A stretch of DNA of 64,000 bases from an uncultured Alphaproteobacteria bacterium (GTDB taxonomy: Bacteria > Pseudomonadota > Alphaproteobacteria > Rhizobiales > Xanthobacteraceae): assembly GCA_963739825.1 (NCBI GenBank), contig CAVUBU010000003.1, positions 12,861 through 76,860 of the forward strand. The letters are read 5' to 3'. Position 1 is the first letter of the stretch, and each line of letters opens with the position of its first letter. Positions 28,075 to 36,569 of the stretch are shown piece after piece. The notes under the pieces are model-generated. The model was not told the DNA's origin. It ran no database searches and worked only from the letters and a program-made list of their open reading frames with translations. The translations under genes and the position numbers were made by a program.

Positions 28075-28698
28075 TTGAAAAAAACGCTTTTCGCGACGGC
28101 ACTTGCGGTCACTTCGCTGGGTGTCGGCGTAGCCGCTGCCGCCGACATTGCGCGCAGGCCCACTCCCTATTATTCCGCGGCGGCGCCGGTCAGCGTGTTC
28201 AATTGGCGCGGCTTCTATGGCGGCCTGAACCTCGGCTATGACCGGGGCAAGCTCACCAATAGCGCCATTAATCCAAGCGGCGTCATGGGCGGCCTACAAC
28301 TCGGTTACAATTGGCAAAGCGGCCAGTTTGTGTTCGGCGGCGAAACCGATCTTCAATTTTCCAACGCCAACGACACTTTCGCGCCCTACAAGTTCTCCAA
28401 TCCGTGGTTCGGCACGCTGCGCGGCCGCGCCGGCGTCGCCTTGGACAACATTTTGCTCTATGCCACGGCCGGCGTCGCCTATGGCGACCTCAAGGGCGAG
28501 CTGCCCGGACTGACCGAGACCAAGACGCTGACCGGCTGGGCCGCCGGCGCCGGCATGGAGGTCGGCTTCACGCCGAACTGGTCGGCCAAGGCCGAATATC
28601 TCTATCTCGATCTGGGCCAACGCGCCTATTCGATCACCGGCACGGACAATGGCTTGCATGCCAATTTGGTGCGCTTCGGCATCAATTATCATTTCTGA
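28075..28698 (+). CDS. Outer-membrane beta-barrel protein, Omp25/RopB family
   Basis: Signal peptide, FNWRGFYGGLNLG, GTLRGRAG, WSAKAEYLY, terminal YHF; probable TTG start after GGAGG. Confidence 0.9.
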   Translation: MKKTLFATALAVTSLGVGVAAAADIARRPTPYYSAAAPVSVFNWRGFYGGLNLGYDRGKLTNSAINPSGVMGGLQLGYNWQSGQFVFGGETDLQFSNANDTFAPYKFSNPWFGTLRGRAGVALDNILLYATAGVAYGDLKGELPGLTETKTLTGWAAGAGMEVGFTPNWSAKAEYLYLDLGQRAYSITGTDNGLHANLVRFGINYHF

Positions 28699-28721
28699 GC
28701 GCGACGGTCGCACACCTGGCG

Positions 28722-28753
28722 GAAAACCCCGGGCCGTATGGTCCGGGGTTTTC
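28722..28753 (+). terminator. Intrinsic terminator
   Basis: gaaaaccccgg ... ccggggttttc inverted repeat after the omp gene. Confidence 0.75.
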
Positions 28754-28994
28754 ATATGTGGAAACCGGCGGGTCGGAGTTCCATCCTCGACTTAAGTCGA
28801 AAGTAATCAAGTACCATACTGGGTATTTTTCCAAGTCTAAATCCTGGCGATAACGTGGCTATAGTGCGACTAAATTAAGACGATACATTAGACAACTTAA
28901 TTCTATTGTGTGTCTCTTGCGCACTAGACGTCGTTTGAATTATGAATACTTATCCGGTTTCAATCGATGATGCTCCCCCAGTGACGGAGGTTTG

Positions 28995-29681
28995 ATGATG
29001 AAGCGTTTAGTATTGGCGAGTTTCGGTGCGCTCGCCGTCGTGACAATGACGAGTGCGGCCAATGCGGCGGATCTGCCGCGCCGGCATCCGATGCCGGCCA
29101 AGGCGGCGCCGATGTATGAGGCGCCCTACAACTGGAGCGGCTTGTATGTCGGTATCAACGGCGGCGGCAGCTGGGGCCGCTCGACCTGGGACAATGCGTT
29201 CGGGTCCGGCGATGCCGATCTCTCCGGCGGCCTGGTCGGCGGCACGCTCGGCTACAATTACCAGATGGGCCAGGTCGTGTTCGGCCTCGAAGGCGACGTC
29301 GACTGGAGCAATATCCGCGGCAGCACCAACGCGGGCGCTTGCCCGAGCGGCTCCTGCGAAACCCGCAATTCATGGCTGGCGACCGCGCGCGGCCGCATCG
29401 GCTACGCCTTCGACCGCGTAATGCCCTACGTCACCGGCGGCGTGGCGTTCGGCGACATCAAGGCGGAACCGGCGGGCCTCGGCAGCACGACCACCACCAA
29501 GACCGGCTGGACGCTCGGCGGCGGCGCCGAATTCGCCATTGCCGGGCCGTGGACCGCGAAGGTCGAATATCTCTATGTCGATCTCGGCAAGGGAGACTGC
29601 GGTGTCGGCAACTGCGGTGTGCCGACCGACGTCGGTTTCAAAACCAATATTGTGCGCGCCGGCGTCAACTTCCGCTTCTGA
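28995..29681 (+). CDS. Outer-membrane beta-barrel protein, Omp25/RopB family (second paralogue)
   Basis: AADLP signal cleavage, YNWSGLYVGING, ATARGRIGYAF, WTAKVEYLY, terminal FRF. Confidence 0.92.
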   Translation: MMKRLVLASFGALAVVTMTSAANAADLPRRHPMPAKAAPMYEAPYNWSGLYVGINGGGSWGRSTWDNAFGSGDADLSGGLVGGTLGYNYQMGQVVFGLEGDVDWSNIRGSTNAGACPSGSCETRNSWLATARGRIGYAFDRVMPYVTGGVAFGDIKAEPAGLGSTTTTKTGWTLGGGAEFAIAGPWTAKVEYLYVDLGKGDCGVGNCGVPTDVGFKTNIVRAGVNFRF

Positions 29682-29709
29682 TCAAGACACCGAGCACGCG
29701 AAGAAGGCG

Positions 29710-29738
29710 AAGCCCCGGAGCTCTTCCGGGGCTTTTGC
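29710..29738. terminator. Intrinsic terminator between convergent omp and GST genes
   Basis: aagccccgga-gctct-tccggggctttt. Confidence 0.75.
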
Positions 29739-29760
29739 TTTGCGGCCTTCTTGACGTGCG

Positions 29761-30369
29761 CTAGGCCGCGACTTTGGTGGCGGCGAATGCCGGCACCTGC
29801 CGCTCGAATTGATCGAGCCAGGCGACGAGATTCGGATGGTTCGCGCGCCACGAGCCCGGGAAGCGCAGGTCGCGGTGGCCGAGCAAGCAAGCGAGCGCGA
29901 TCTGCCCGACGTTCGGAAGCGGATCGATCGGCGGCGGATGGGCTTCGAGTTCCGCCAGACCGCGCTCGATCTTGCCGTTCTGCAGGTCGATCCATTTCTG
30001 CACATGATGCTCGGGCGGGCGAAAGCGGCTTTCGTAGACCAGCAGGATCGAGGCGTCGGTCACGCCATCGGCAAGCGCCTGCAGCCGGAGCACGGCGAAC
30101 CGCATCTTCGGTTCGCGCGGGATGATTTTGCCGCCGCCTGCACAGTGGTCGAGGTATTCCAGGATCACACGGGAATCGAACAGCGTGGTGCCGTCCGCGA
30201 GGATCAGCGTCGGCACCTTGCCCATCGGATTCTGCTGGCGGATGGTGTCGGCGGCGTCCAGCAGGTCGGTGTTCTGGTTAGTAATTTTGCCGGAGAGGCC
30301 GAGCACGCTGATCGCGATTCGGGCTTTGCGGGCGTAGGGGGAAGCCGGGGTAAAGCGAAGGATCATCAT
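29761..30369 (-). CDS. Glutathione S-transferase family protein
   Basis: SPYARKARI, NPMGKVPTL, FDSRVILEYLD. Confidence 0.92.
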   Translation of the reverse strand: MMILRFTPASPYARKARIAISVLGLSGKITNQNTDLLDAADTIRQQNPMGKVPTLILADGTTLFDSRVILEYLDHCAGGGKIIPREPKMRFAVLRLQALADGVTDASILLVYESRFRPPEHHVQKWIDLQNGKIERGLAELEAHPPPIDPLPNVGQIALACLLGHRDLRFPGSWRANHPNLVAWLDQFERQVPAFAATKVAA

Positions 30370-30468
30370 AAAGTAACAAGCCGCCTCGACAGGCGCGGGA
30401 TTCCCGCAGCTGATGAAGATCGATAACAATTCGGCGGGCGGCCGTTGCCTGCGGCGCCTGCTGCGCGA

Positions 30469-30684
30469 TCAGCCGGTGACCACCAGGTTCACCGCCTTCG
30501 GGCCTTTGCCCTTCTTGTCCGGTTCGACATCGAAGCTGATGCGCTGTCCTTCGTTCAGACTTTTCAGTCCGGCCGCCTCCACGGCGGTAATGTGCACGAA
30601 CACGTCACGCCCGCCGTCGTCCGGTTTCACAAAGCCGTAGCCCCGCTCGCCGTTGAAGAATTTCACAACTCCGGTCTGCGCCAT
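30469..30684 (-). CDS. Cold-shock protein (CspA family)
   Basis: VKFFNGERGYGFV (RNP1), DVFVHITAV (RNP2), GPKAVNL. Confidence 0.97.
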   Translation of the reverse strand: MAQTGVVKFFNGERGYGFVKPDDGGRDVFVHITAVEAAGLKSLNEGQRISFDVEPDKKGKGPKAVNLVVTG

Positions 30685-30903
30685 CGGGAAAACTCCTCTC
30701 CCCGCACTGCTCCGCCGCCGGCCCCACGCGCGGCAGCTCGGCCGGACATTCACATTCGGGGAAAGCGTCGGCCGCGACCGGCCTCAGTCACTCCCGCCAG
30801 CCCCCAAATCCGGAGGCGGAACGTCACTGCCAATGAAGGAACTACACACCAACTGGGCTGCTGTGGAAAGGGGTCAGCAGGTCATCGTGCGGCCGACGAG
30901 CCC

Positions 30904-31749
30904 TCACGGGGTGAGCCAATCGAGCTTGCTGCCGCCCTTGCCCGCGTGCCCCAATATGCCGGCGAGTGCCGGCAGCAGAACGGAAAGCTCGCTTTGCAAG
31001 GTCCAGGGCGGATTGACCAGGACGAGCCCGCAGCCGTTGAGGCGGGTCGTATCGCTGAGCGGCGCCACGTTGAGTTCCGCCCGCAGGATTTTCGCCGGCC
31101 CCAACCGGCGCAGTCTTTTGGCCAGCGCGTCCGGTTCGCTGCGGTCCTTGATCGGGTACCAGAGCGCATAAATTCCGGTGGCCCATTTGCGATGGGCGCC
31201 GGCGAGCCCGTTCGCCAGGCGGAAAAAGTCGCTGTTTTCTTCGAACGGCGGATCGATCAGCACCAGGCCGCGGCGTTCCTTCGGCGGAACATAGGCGCCG
31301 AGCGCGGTCCAGCCGTCGATTTCAAGCGTCTTGATGCGGATATCGCCGCGCAGATTTTGCCTGAGCGCGGCAGCCGCTTGCGGCTCGACCTCGCAGGCGA
31401 TCAGGCGGTCCTGCGCGCGCAGCCAGGCGCGCGCCAGTGCCGGCGAGCCGGGATAAACCGTCAGCCGGCCGCGCTCGTTGAACGCGCCGACCACCTCGAG
31501 ATAGGGCGCAAGCAGAGCCGCCACCGGGGCAGCGAGCGGCGCGGCCAGCAGCCGCTCGATGCCGTCGTGCCATTCGCCGCCGCGGCTCGCCTCTGTGCCG
31601 GTCAGATCGTAAACGCCGGCGCCGGCATGGGTGTCGATCACCCGGAACGCCGCCGGCTTGCCGCGCAGATAGTGCAAGATGCGGCAAAGCACCGCATGCT
31701 TGAACACATCGGCGAAATTGCCGGCATGAAATGCGTGGCGATAGTTCAC
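30904..31749 (-). CDS. rlmJ: 23S rRNA m6A2030 methyltransferase
   Basis: NYRHAFHAGNFADVFKH, DTHAGAG, YPGSP, LIDPPFE, WYPIK; GTG start. Confidence 0.96.
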   Translation of the reverse strand: MNYRHAFHAGNFADVFKHAVLCRILHYLRGKPAAFRVIDTHAGAGVYDLTGTEASRGGEWHDGIERLLAAPLAAPVAALLAPYLEVVGAFNERGRLTVYPGSPALARAWLRAQDRLIACEVEPQAAAALRQNLRGDIRIKTLEIDGWTALGAYVPPKERRGLVLIDPPFEENSDFFRLANGLAGAHRKWATGIYALWYPIKDRSEPDALAKRLRRLGPAKILRAELNVAPLSDTTRLNGCGLVLVNPPWTLQSELSVLLPALAGILGHAGKGGSKLDWLTP

Positions 31750-31898
31750 GTCTGGCTCGCAAGTTCTCCGCATGGCCGGCTGTTTTCGCCGGCGCTGGCG
31801 AGCTTATGCCACAGCGCGGTTTTGCTCGCGCTTGATCTTTTGCGAAAGCCGCTGTCGCGGAACCGGTCAGGAACTGCCTAATTCGGAACCGCGCCCCT

Positions 31899-32213
31899 TC
31901 AATCCAGCCGGCCGCGCAGGCCGAAATGATTGCGCGGCTTGACCGAGCGCAGCGGCAAAGACGACTTTCGCCGCGGCGGCCGCAGCACCGTCGCGGGTTT
32001 GCGCGCGGTAACCACGGACATGGCGCCGGCGCGCCGCCGGCTGATAGCGCGCGTGACCAGGCGCACGGGAACAAACAGCGCCGATGCCACGCCGAGCGCG
32101 TGCAGGGCTGGCGGCAGCAACAAAAGATCGGGCGAGTGGAGCAGCCACATCACGATGTAGCCGAGCCCCGCGAACCAGATCGCAAATCCAAAATAGTCCC
32201 ACACACGATTCAT
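31899..32213 (-). CDS. Hypothetical small membrane protein (2 TM, basic tail)
   Basis: Two hydrophobic segments, then an Arg/Lys-rich tail ending KPRNHFGLRG. Confidence 0.65.
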   Translation of the reverse strand: MNRVWDYFGFAIWFAGLGYIVMWLLHSPDLLLLPPALHALGVASALFVPVRLVTRAISRRRAGAMSVVTARKPATVLRPPRRKSSLPLRSVKPRNHFGLRGRLD

Positions 32214-32392
32214 AGCGGCGCGCTCCCCCGCGCTTGGTCGCGGGCGGAGGATTGCGGAATTGCCTTACGAGAATCTTGCGTCAATTCACGACGCGCGGGG
32301 GTTATCCCCGAAACGCCTGCCGCCATCGTTAGTGGTGGCTTAACGCGATCGTCAACTCGTCGTGCGAACTTTTGCCTGAATTTAGCCGCAAT

Positions 32393-33112
32393 TCATCCGC
32401 CGCGCAGCGCCGGCATCGCGATGCTGTCGCGTTTACAGGCGCGGCGCGTCACCTCGGCACAATCACGGAAGGAAAAGTCCTTGTTCAGGCACACGCGCAC
32501 TTCGCTCAAGCGCTTGCGGTCGCAGGCGACTGCAAATTCCTCGCGCGACAATCCCGGATTGGCCTTAAGGAACGCCTCAACGATATCGTCGGGCTTGACC
32601 ATGATCGGCTTATCGAGCGCGGCAAATTGCGGTGGGATTTTCACCATGGCGCGCGCCTTGCGTACGGCGTCGAAAAACGCTTGCTGCGAAAGCCCGGAAC
32701 AGGTTCCGTGGCGATCCCATTCATGGAAGATCAGGCGCGGGCTCGGCATCAGGTCGAGCATGCTGCCGACGATGCGGCGGTCGAGCCGCGGCGCCGGCAC
32801 TTGGCAGAACGCGGGGAACCCGCGCTCGTATTGCGGCCAAAGCCCATGCACCACGAAGGAAAATGGCCGCCCGGCGCATTGCTGGTCGGGCGCCCGCCCG
32901 GGCGCGCGCTCCTGCGCGGCCTCGCAATAGGACGGCGACCAGGACAGCGCCAGCACATAAAAATCGAACTGGCCGGGCGCATTCGGGTGGCGACCTTGCC
33001 CCGGGGCGTCCTGCGCCAGCGCGACAATCGCGAAAATGAATAGGAAACTCAGGGTCACGGCAGCGGCCTGCGCTGCCCGGCGAACCTGTAGACGCAGCAA
33101 ATCACCAGACAT
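32393..33112 (-). CDS. Ribonuclease T2 family, exported
   Basis: FYVLALSWSP, CAS-I VHGLWP, CAS-II HEWDRHGTC; hydrophobic signal. Confidence 0.95.
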   Translation of the reverse strand: MSGDLLRLQVRRAAQAAAVTLSFLFIFAIVALAQDAPGQGRHPNAPGQFDFYVLALSWSPSYCEAAQERAPGRAPDQQCAGRPFSFVVHGLWPQYERGFPAFCQVPAPRLDRRIVGSMLDLMPSPRLIFHEWDRHGTCSGLSQQAFFDAVRKARAMVKIPPQFAALDKPIMVKPDDIVEAFLKANPGLSREEFAVACDRKRLSEVRVCLNKDFSFRDCAEVTRRACKRDSIAMPALRGG

Positions 33113-33177
33113 GGAACGCCCCCACCGCACGGGCATAGGAACAAACCGACAATTGACCTTGGTCAACGGTTTCAAAA

Positions 33178-33210
33178 ATTATACCGCAGGATTTAGAACA
33201 TTACAAGAAC
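33178..33210 (-). promoter_or_regulatory. Sigma70 promoter TTGTAA-N17-TATAAT overlapped by an alphaproteobacterial LexA box GTTC-N7-GTTC
   Basis: -10 at 33178-33183, -35 at 33201-33206; plus-strand GAAC-ATTACAA-GAAC at 33196-33210. Confidence 0.7.
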
Positions 33211-33247
33211 ATAATAAAACAAAGCAAGATCAAATCGGCAGGCAACC

Positions 33248-33712
33248 TCATGGCCGCGCCATCTTGCATGCCGGGTTATAGGCCCAGTTGCGATCGAGCC
33301 CGACTACGCACCATTCGACTCCCCAGGTCATGCCGATCATTCCGGTGTCCTCGCCGATCCAGTAATTCACCCGGTGCTTGCGCCCGTCGCTGACGGAGGC
33401 GACGGCGCTGCAGAACCGGCGCGGAATGGTCCCGGCCCCCCAGGGCCGGTAGGCGATTTCACGCACCCGCTCGAATTCGAGGATATGCAGGTCGGAGTTC
33501 CAGAAGCGGCCTTCCTTTTGCGCAAAGCGCGAAGCGATCTTGTCGAGCGCGGCCTCGCAGGGCGGCAGCAGGCCGGTGTAGTCCGCCCCGGTCATGTAGA
33601 TATCTTTTTCCAGCAAGCCTGCGGCCTGGGCCGGCACTGTGGAGCCGAAACCACCAATACCGATCAAAACCGCGGCTGTGACCGCCCGAATACCCCAGGA
33701 TACGCGTGCCAT
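33248..33712 (-). CDS. Hypothetical secreted protein (4 Cys)
   Basis: GGGAG RBS, signal peptide ending AQA, globular composition. Confidence 0.75.
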   Translation of the reverse strand: MARVSWGIRAVTAAVLIGIGGFGSTVPAQAAGLLEKDIYMTGADYTGLLPPCEAALDKIASRFAQKEGRFWNSDLHILEFERVREIAYRPWGAGTIPRRFCSAVASVSDGRKHRVNYWIGEDTGMIGMTWGVEWCVVGLDRNWAYNPACKMARP

Positions 33713-34160
33713 GATTGAACTCCCACCGGCCAGACCGCGACTTTATCACAGATTTTTCCCGCCGCAGCCGATTCGTGCACAGAATTACCGGCCAGGGAAC
33801 TCGTGACTCCGCTTGCGGCGCTGCATCATTTCTAGAGCGAATCGGGCTGACACGTGGCGTTGCGCGAGGTTAGGTCCAGCGCGTCGTTTGTGCGCGTGCC
33901 GTGCGCGTCGAATGGACGCCTGCGTTTGGCCGCGTCGCTTTGTGGCGTGCGACCGATCCATAGTCGGGTCGGATGGTAGCGGGCGCTTTTCCCATCCTGT
34001 CAATGGGAATGCTCTGTCATGGTCAGTTGGTTGCTCGCGTGCACGGCGTTGGTTGCCGGCCAGTCGCCGGCAACCGCGCCGGAACGGGCCCCGGGTTGAT
34101 CGGAACGCAGCGGGGGACAATAAATCCCCGGCCGCCGGTCAACCGGGGTGTCCGTTCCGT

Positions 34161-34910
34161 TTAGTGTTCGCGCCAATCGCCCAGCACTGCCTGCAGCAAC
34201 GCCAGCGCCGCCACCGCCGCGGTGTCGGCGCGCAGAATGCGCGGACCGAGCGCGATGCGCACCACATTCGTCCGCTTGAGCAGCGCATCGCGTTCCTCCG
34301 CGGCGAAGCCGCCCTCCGGGCCGATCAGCACGGCAAGCGGCGCGTGCGGGGCGGCGGCGGCCAGCGCCGCCACCGGGTCTTTCACCTCGGCATCCTCATC
34401 GCAAAACACCAGCAGGCGGTCGGCATCGGCGGCGGCTATCGTGGCCGTAAACGGCACCGGTTCGGCGACCTCGGGCAGCGCCAGGACGCCGCACTGCTGC
34501 GCCGCCTCGATCGTATTGGCGCGCATGCGATCGAGATTAACCCGTGCCACCTGGGTATGCCGGGTGAGCACCGGCTGCAGGCGCGAGACGCCCATTTCCA
34601 CCGCCTTCTGCACCAGGTAGTCGAGCCGGGCATGCTTGAGCGGGGCGAACAGGAAATGCAGGTCGCCCGCCCGCGGCTGCGCCCGCCGGCGCTCGCCGAC
34701 AATGGCGGTCGGCGCCCGCTTGCCGGTGCCGGCGATCTGCGCCTGCCATTCGCCGTCGCGGCCGTTGAACAGCAGCAGGCCATCCCCGTGGCCGAGCCGC
34801 AGCACGTTCAGCAGGTAATTCGCCTGCGCGCGGTCAAAGGAAACCGCCTGCCCGGCGCCAAGCGGAGCCTCGATATAGACGCGCGGGGTGCGGAAATCGT
34901 AGTGCGGCAT
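34161..34910 (-). CDS. rsmE: 16S rRNA m3U1498 methyltransferase
   Basis: NYLLNVLRL, LVQKAVEMGV, EAAQQCG, IGPEGGF, LGPRILRADTA. Confidence 0.97.
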   Translation of the reverse strand: MPHYDFRTPRVYIEAPLGAGQAVSFDRAQANYLLNVLRLGHGDGLLLFNGRDGEWQAQIAGTGKRAPTAIVGERRRAQPRAGDLHFLFAPLKHARLDYLVQKAVEMGVSRLQPVLTRHTQVARVNLDRMRANTIEAAQQCGVLALPEVAEPVPFTATIAAADADRLLVFCDEDAEVKDPVAALAAAAPHAPLAVLIGPEGGFAAEERDALLKRTNVVRIALGPRILRADTAAVAALALLQAVLGDWREH

Positions 34911-35080
34911 AAGGTCATCGTTGAGGTTGCGGCGGGTTTACGCCAGACGATGGGGGCTTGGCGAGGGCCGACGATTATGCGTGGATTGCCGTGTTCCCGA
35001 CGCATTCGCCCGCTTGGTATAGGCGGCCGGTTGCACGGCAGCATGCTATAATGAATCTGGGATCAGGAGACGATCAATCC

Positions 35081-35572
35081 ATGAACTTGCGCCGCGCATT
35101 GTTCATCGCCGCGTGTCTGTTGCCGAGCGCTGCCGGGACGGCTGCGGCGCAGTTCCCGCCACCGGCGCGACAACAAGAACCGCCCTGCATCAAGGAATTC
35201 GGCAAGCTGCGCGATGATGCCGCGAAAAAGGCGTCGGCCATCCAGGCCGCAAGCGCGCGCCATGCGGAGCCGCGCGAAGCCTGTCAGTTGTTCAATTCAT
35301 TTTCGGCCGCCGAGTCCAAGATGATAAAATATGCCGCCGATAATTCGGTCTGGTGCGGCATTCCCCCGCAAGTCATCCAAAATCTCAAGCAGGCGCACGT
35401 CAGGACGACCGAGATCCGCACCAAGGTCTGCCAAGTCGCCGCCGCGCCGCCGCGGCCGTCGGCGCCGAGTTTGAGCGACGCGCTCAACGCGCCCATTATC
35501 AACTCCAATGATATCAAGACCGGCCGTGGCACCTACGACACCCTGACCGGCACCCCGCTCGGCAGCAAATGA
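35081..35572 (+). CDS. Hypothetical secreted protein (4 Cys)
   Basis: AGGAG RBS, signal peptide ending AAAQ; stop overlaps the ubiA start. Confidence 0.75.
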   Translation: MNLRRALFIAACLLPSAAGTAAAQFPPPARQQEPPCIKEFGKLRDDAAKKASAIQAASARHAEPREACQLFNSFSAAESKMIKYAADNSVWCGIPPQVIQNLKQAHVRTTEIRTKVCQVAAAPPRPSAPSLSDALNAPIINSNDIKTGRGTYDTLTGTPLGSK

Positions 35573-36489
35573 GCGAGAATGCCGGACGCGTTGCCGATGC
35601 GACCGGGAACTGGGTCGACGGTCTCGCGCCCGCATTCACCCGTCCGTATCTGCGGCTGGCCCGCCTCGACCGGCCGATCGGATCCTGGCTCTTGCTGATG
35701 CCGTGCTGGTGGTCGGTCGGCCTTGCCGGCATGTACGCCGGACATTTCCCCAGCCTCTGGCACATCGTGTTGTTCTTCATCGGCGCCTTCGCCATGCGCG
35801 GTGCCGGATGCACCTGGAACGATCTGGCCGATCGCAATCTCGACGGGCTGGTCGAGCGCACCCGCTCACGCCCGATCCCCTCCGGCCAGGTAACGGTCGC
35901 CGAGGCCACCGCCTTTATGCTGGCGCAGGCTCTGGTCGGCTTCCTGGTGCTGATTCAGTTCAACCGCTACACGGTGGTCGTCGGCCTCATATCGCCTTTA
36001 GTGGTCGCGATCTATCCTTTCATGAAGCGGATCACTTATTGGCCGCAGGTCGTGCTGGGGCTTGCCTTCTCTTACGGCGCCCTGATGGGCTGGCCGGCCG
36101 CGTTCGGCCAACTCGATTGGCCGGCGCTCGTGCTTTATGCCGGATCGATCTCCTGGGTGATCGGATACGACACCATCTACGCGCACCAGGACCGCGAGGA
36201 CGACCTGCTGATCGGCATCAAATCGACCGCGCTGCTGTTCGGCGCCAATACACGGTCGATGCTGGTGGGTTTCTACGCCGGCGCGGTGGTGCTAATCGGT
36301 GCGGCCGGGCTGATGGCCGGCGGCAAACTCATCTTCGTGCTCGGGCTCGCCGCCTTCGCCGCGCATCTGGCCTGGCAAGTGATGCGCCTCAACATCGACA
36401 ATTCCGCGCATTGCCTGAAGCTGTTTAAATCGAACCGCGATGCCGGGCTGATCCTGTTCGGCGCCATGCTGATCGAGGCGGTTTCCTAG
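35569..36489 (+). CDS. ubiA: 4-hydroxybenzoate octaprenyltransferase
   Basis: LARLDRPIG, GAGCTWNDLADRNLD, RTRSRPIPSG, YDTIYAHQDREDD. Confidence 0.97.
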   Translation: MSENAGRVADATGNWVDGLAPAFTRPYLRLARLDRPIGSWLLLMPCWWSVGLAGMYAGHFPSLWHIVLFFIGAFAMRGAGCTWNDLADRNLDGLVERTRSRPIPSGQVTVAEATAFMLAQALVGFLVLIQFNRYTVVVGLISPLVVAIYPFMKRITYWPQVVLGLAFSYGALMGWPAAFGQLDWPALVLYAGSISWVIGYDTIYAHQDREDDLLIGIKSTALLFGANTRSMLVGFYAGAVVLIGAAGLMAGGKLIFVLGLAAFAAHLAWQVMRLNIDNSAHCLKLFKSNRDAGLILFGAMLIEAVS

Positions 36490-36569
36490 CCGCGACATCG
36501 AGCCATGGAACGGTTAGGCCGCCCTCGGCATATAATTCCAAAGGGCGGCGCGACAGCGGACGGCCGATC

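Noticed and set aside
33813-35051. Long antisense or alternate-frame ORFs (also 5660-6775, 8389-10209, 23231-24529, 42228-43541, 52393-53949 and others)
   Set aside because: They lie opposite well-supported genes, have no motifs, and are expected in high-GC DNA with few stop codons.
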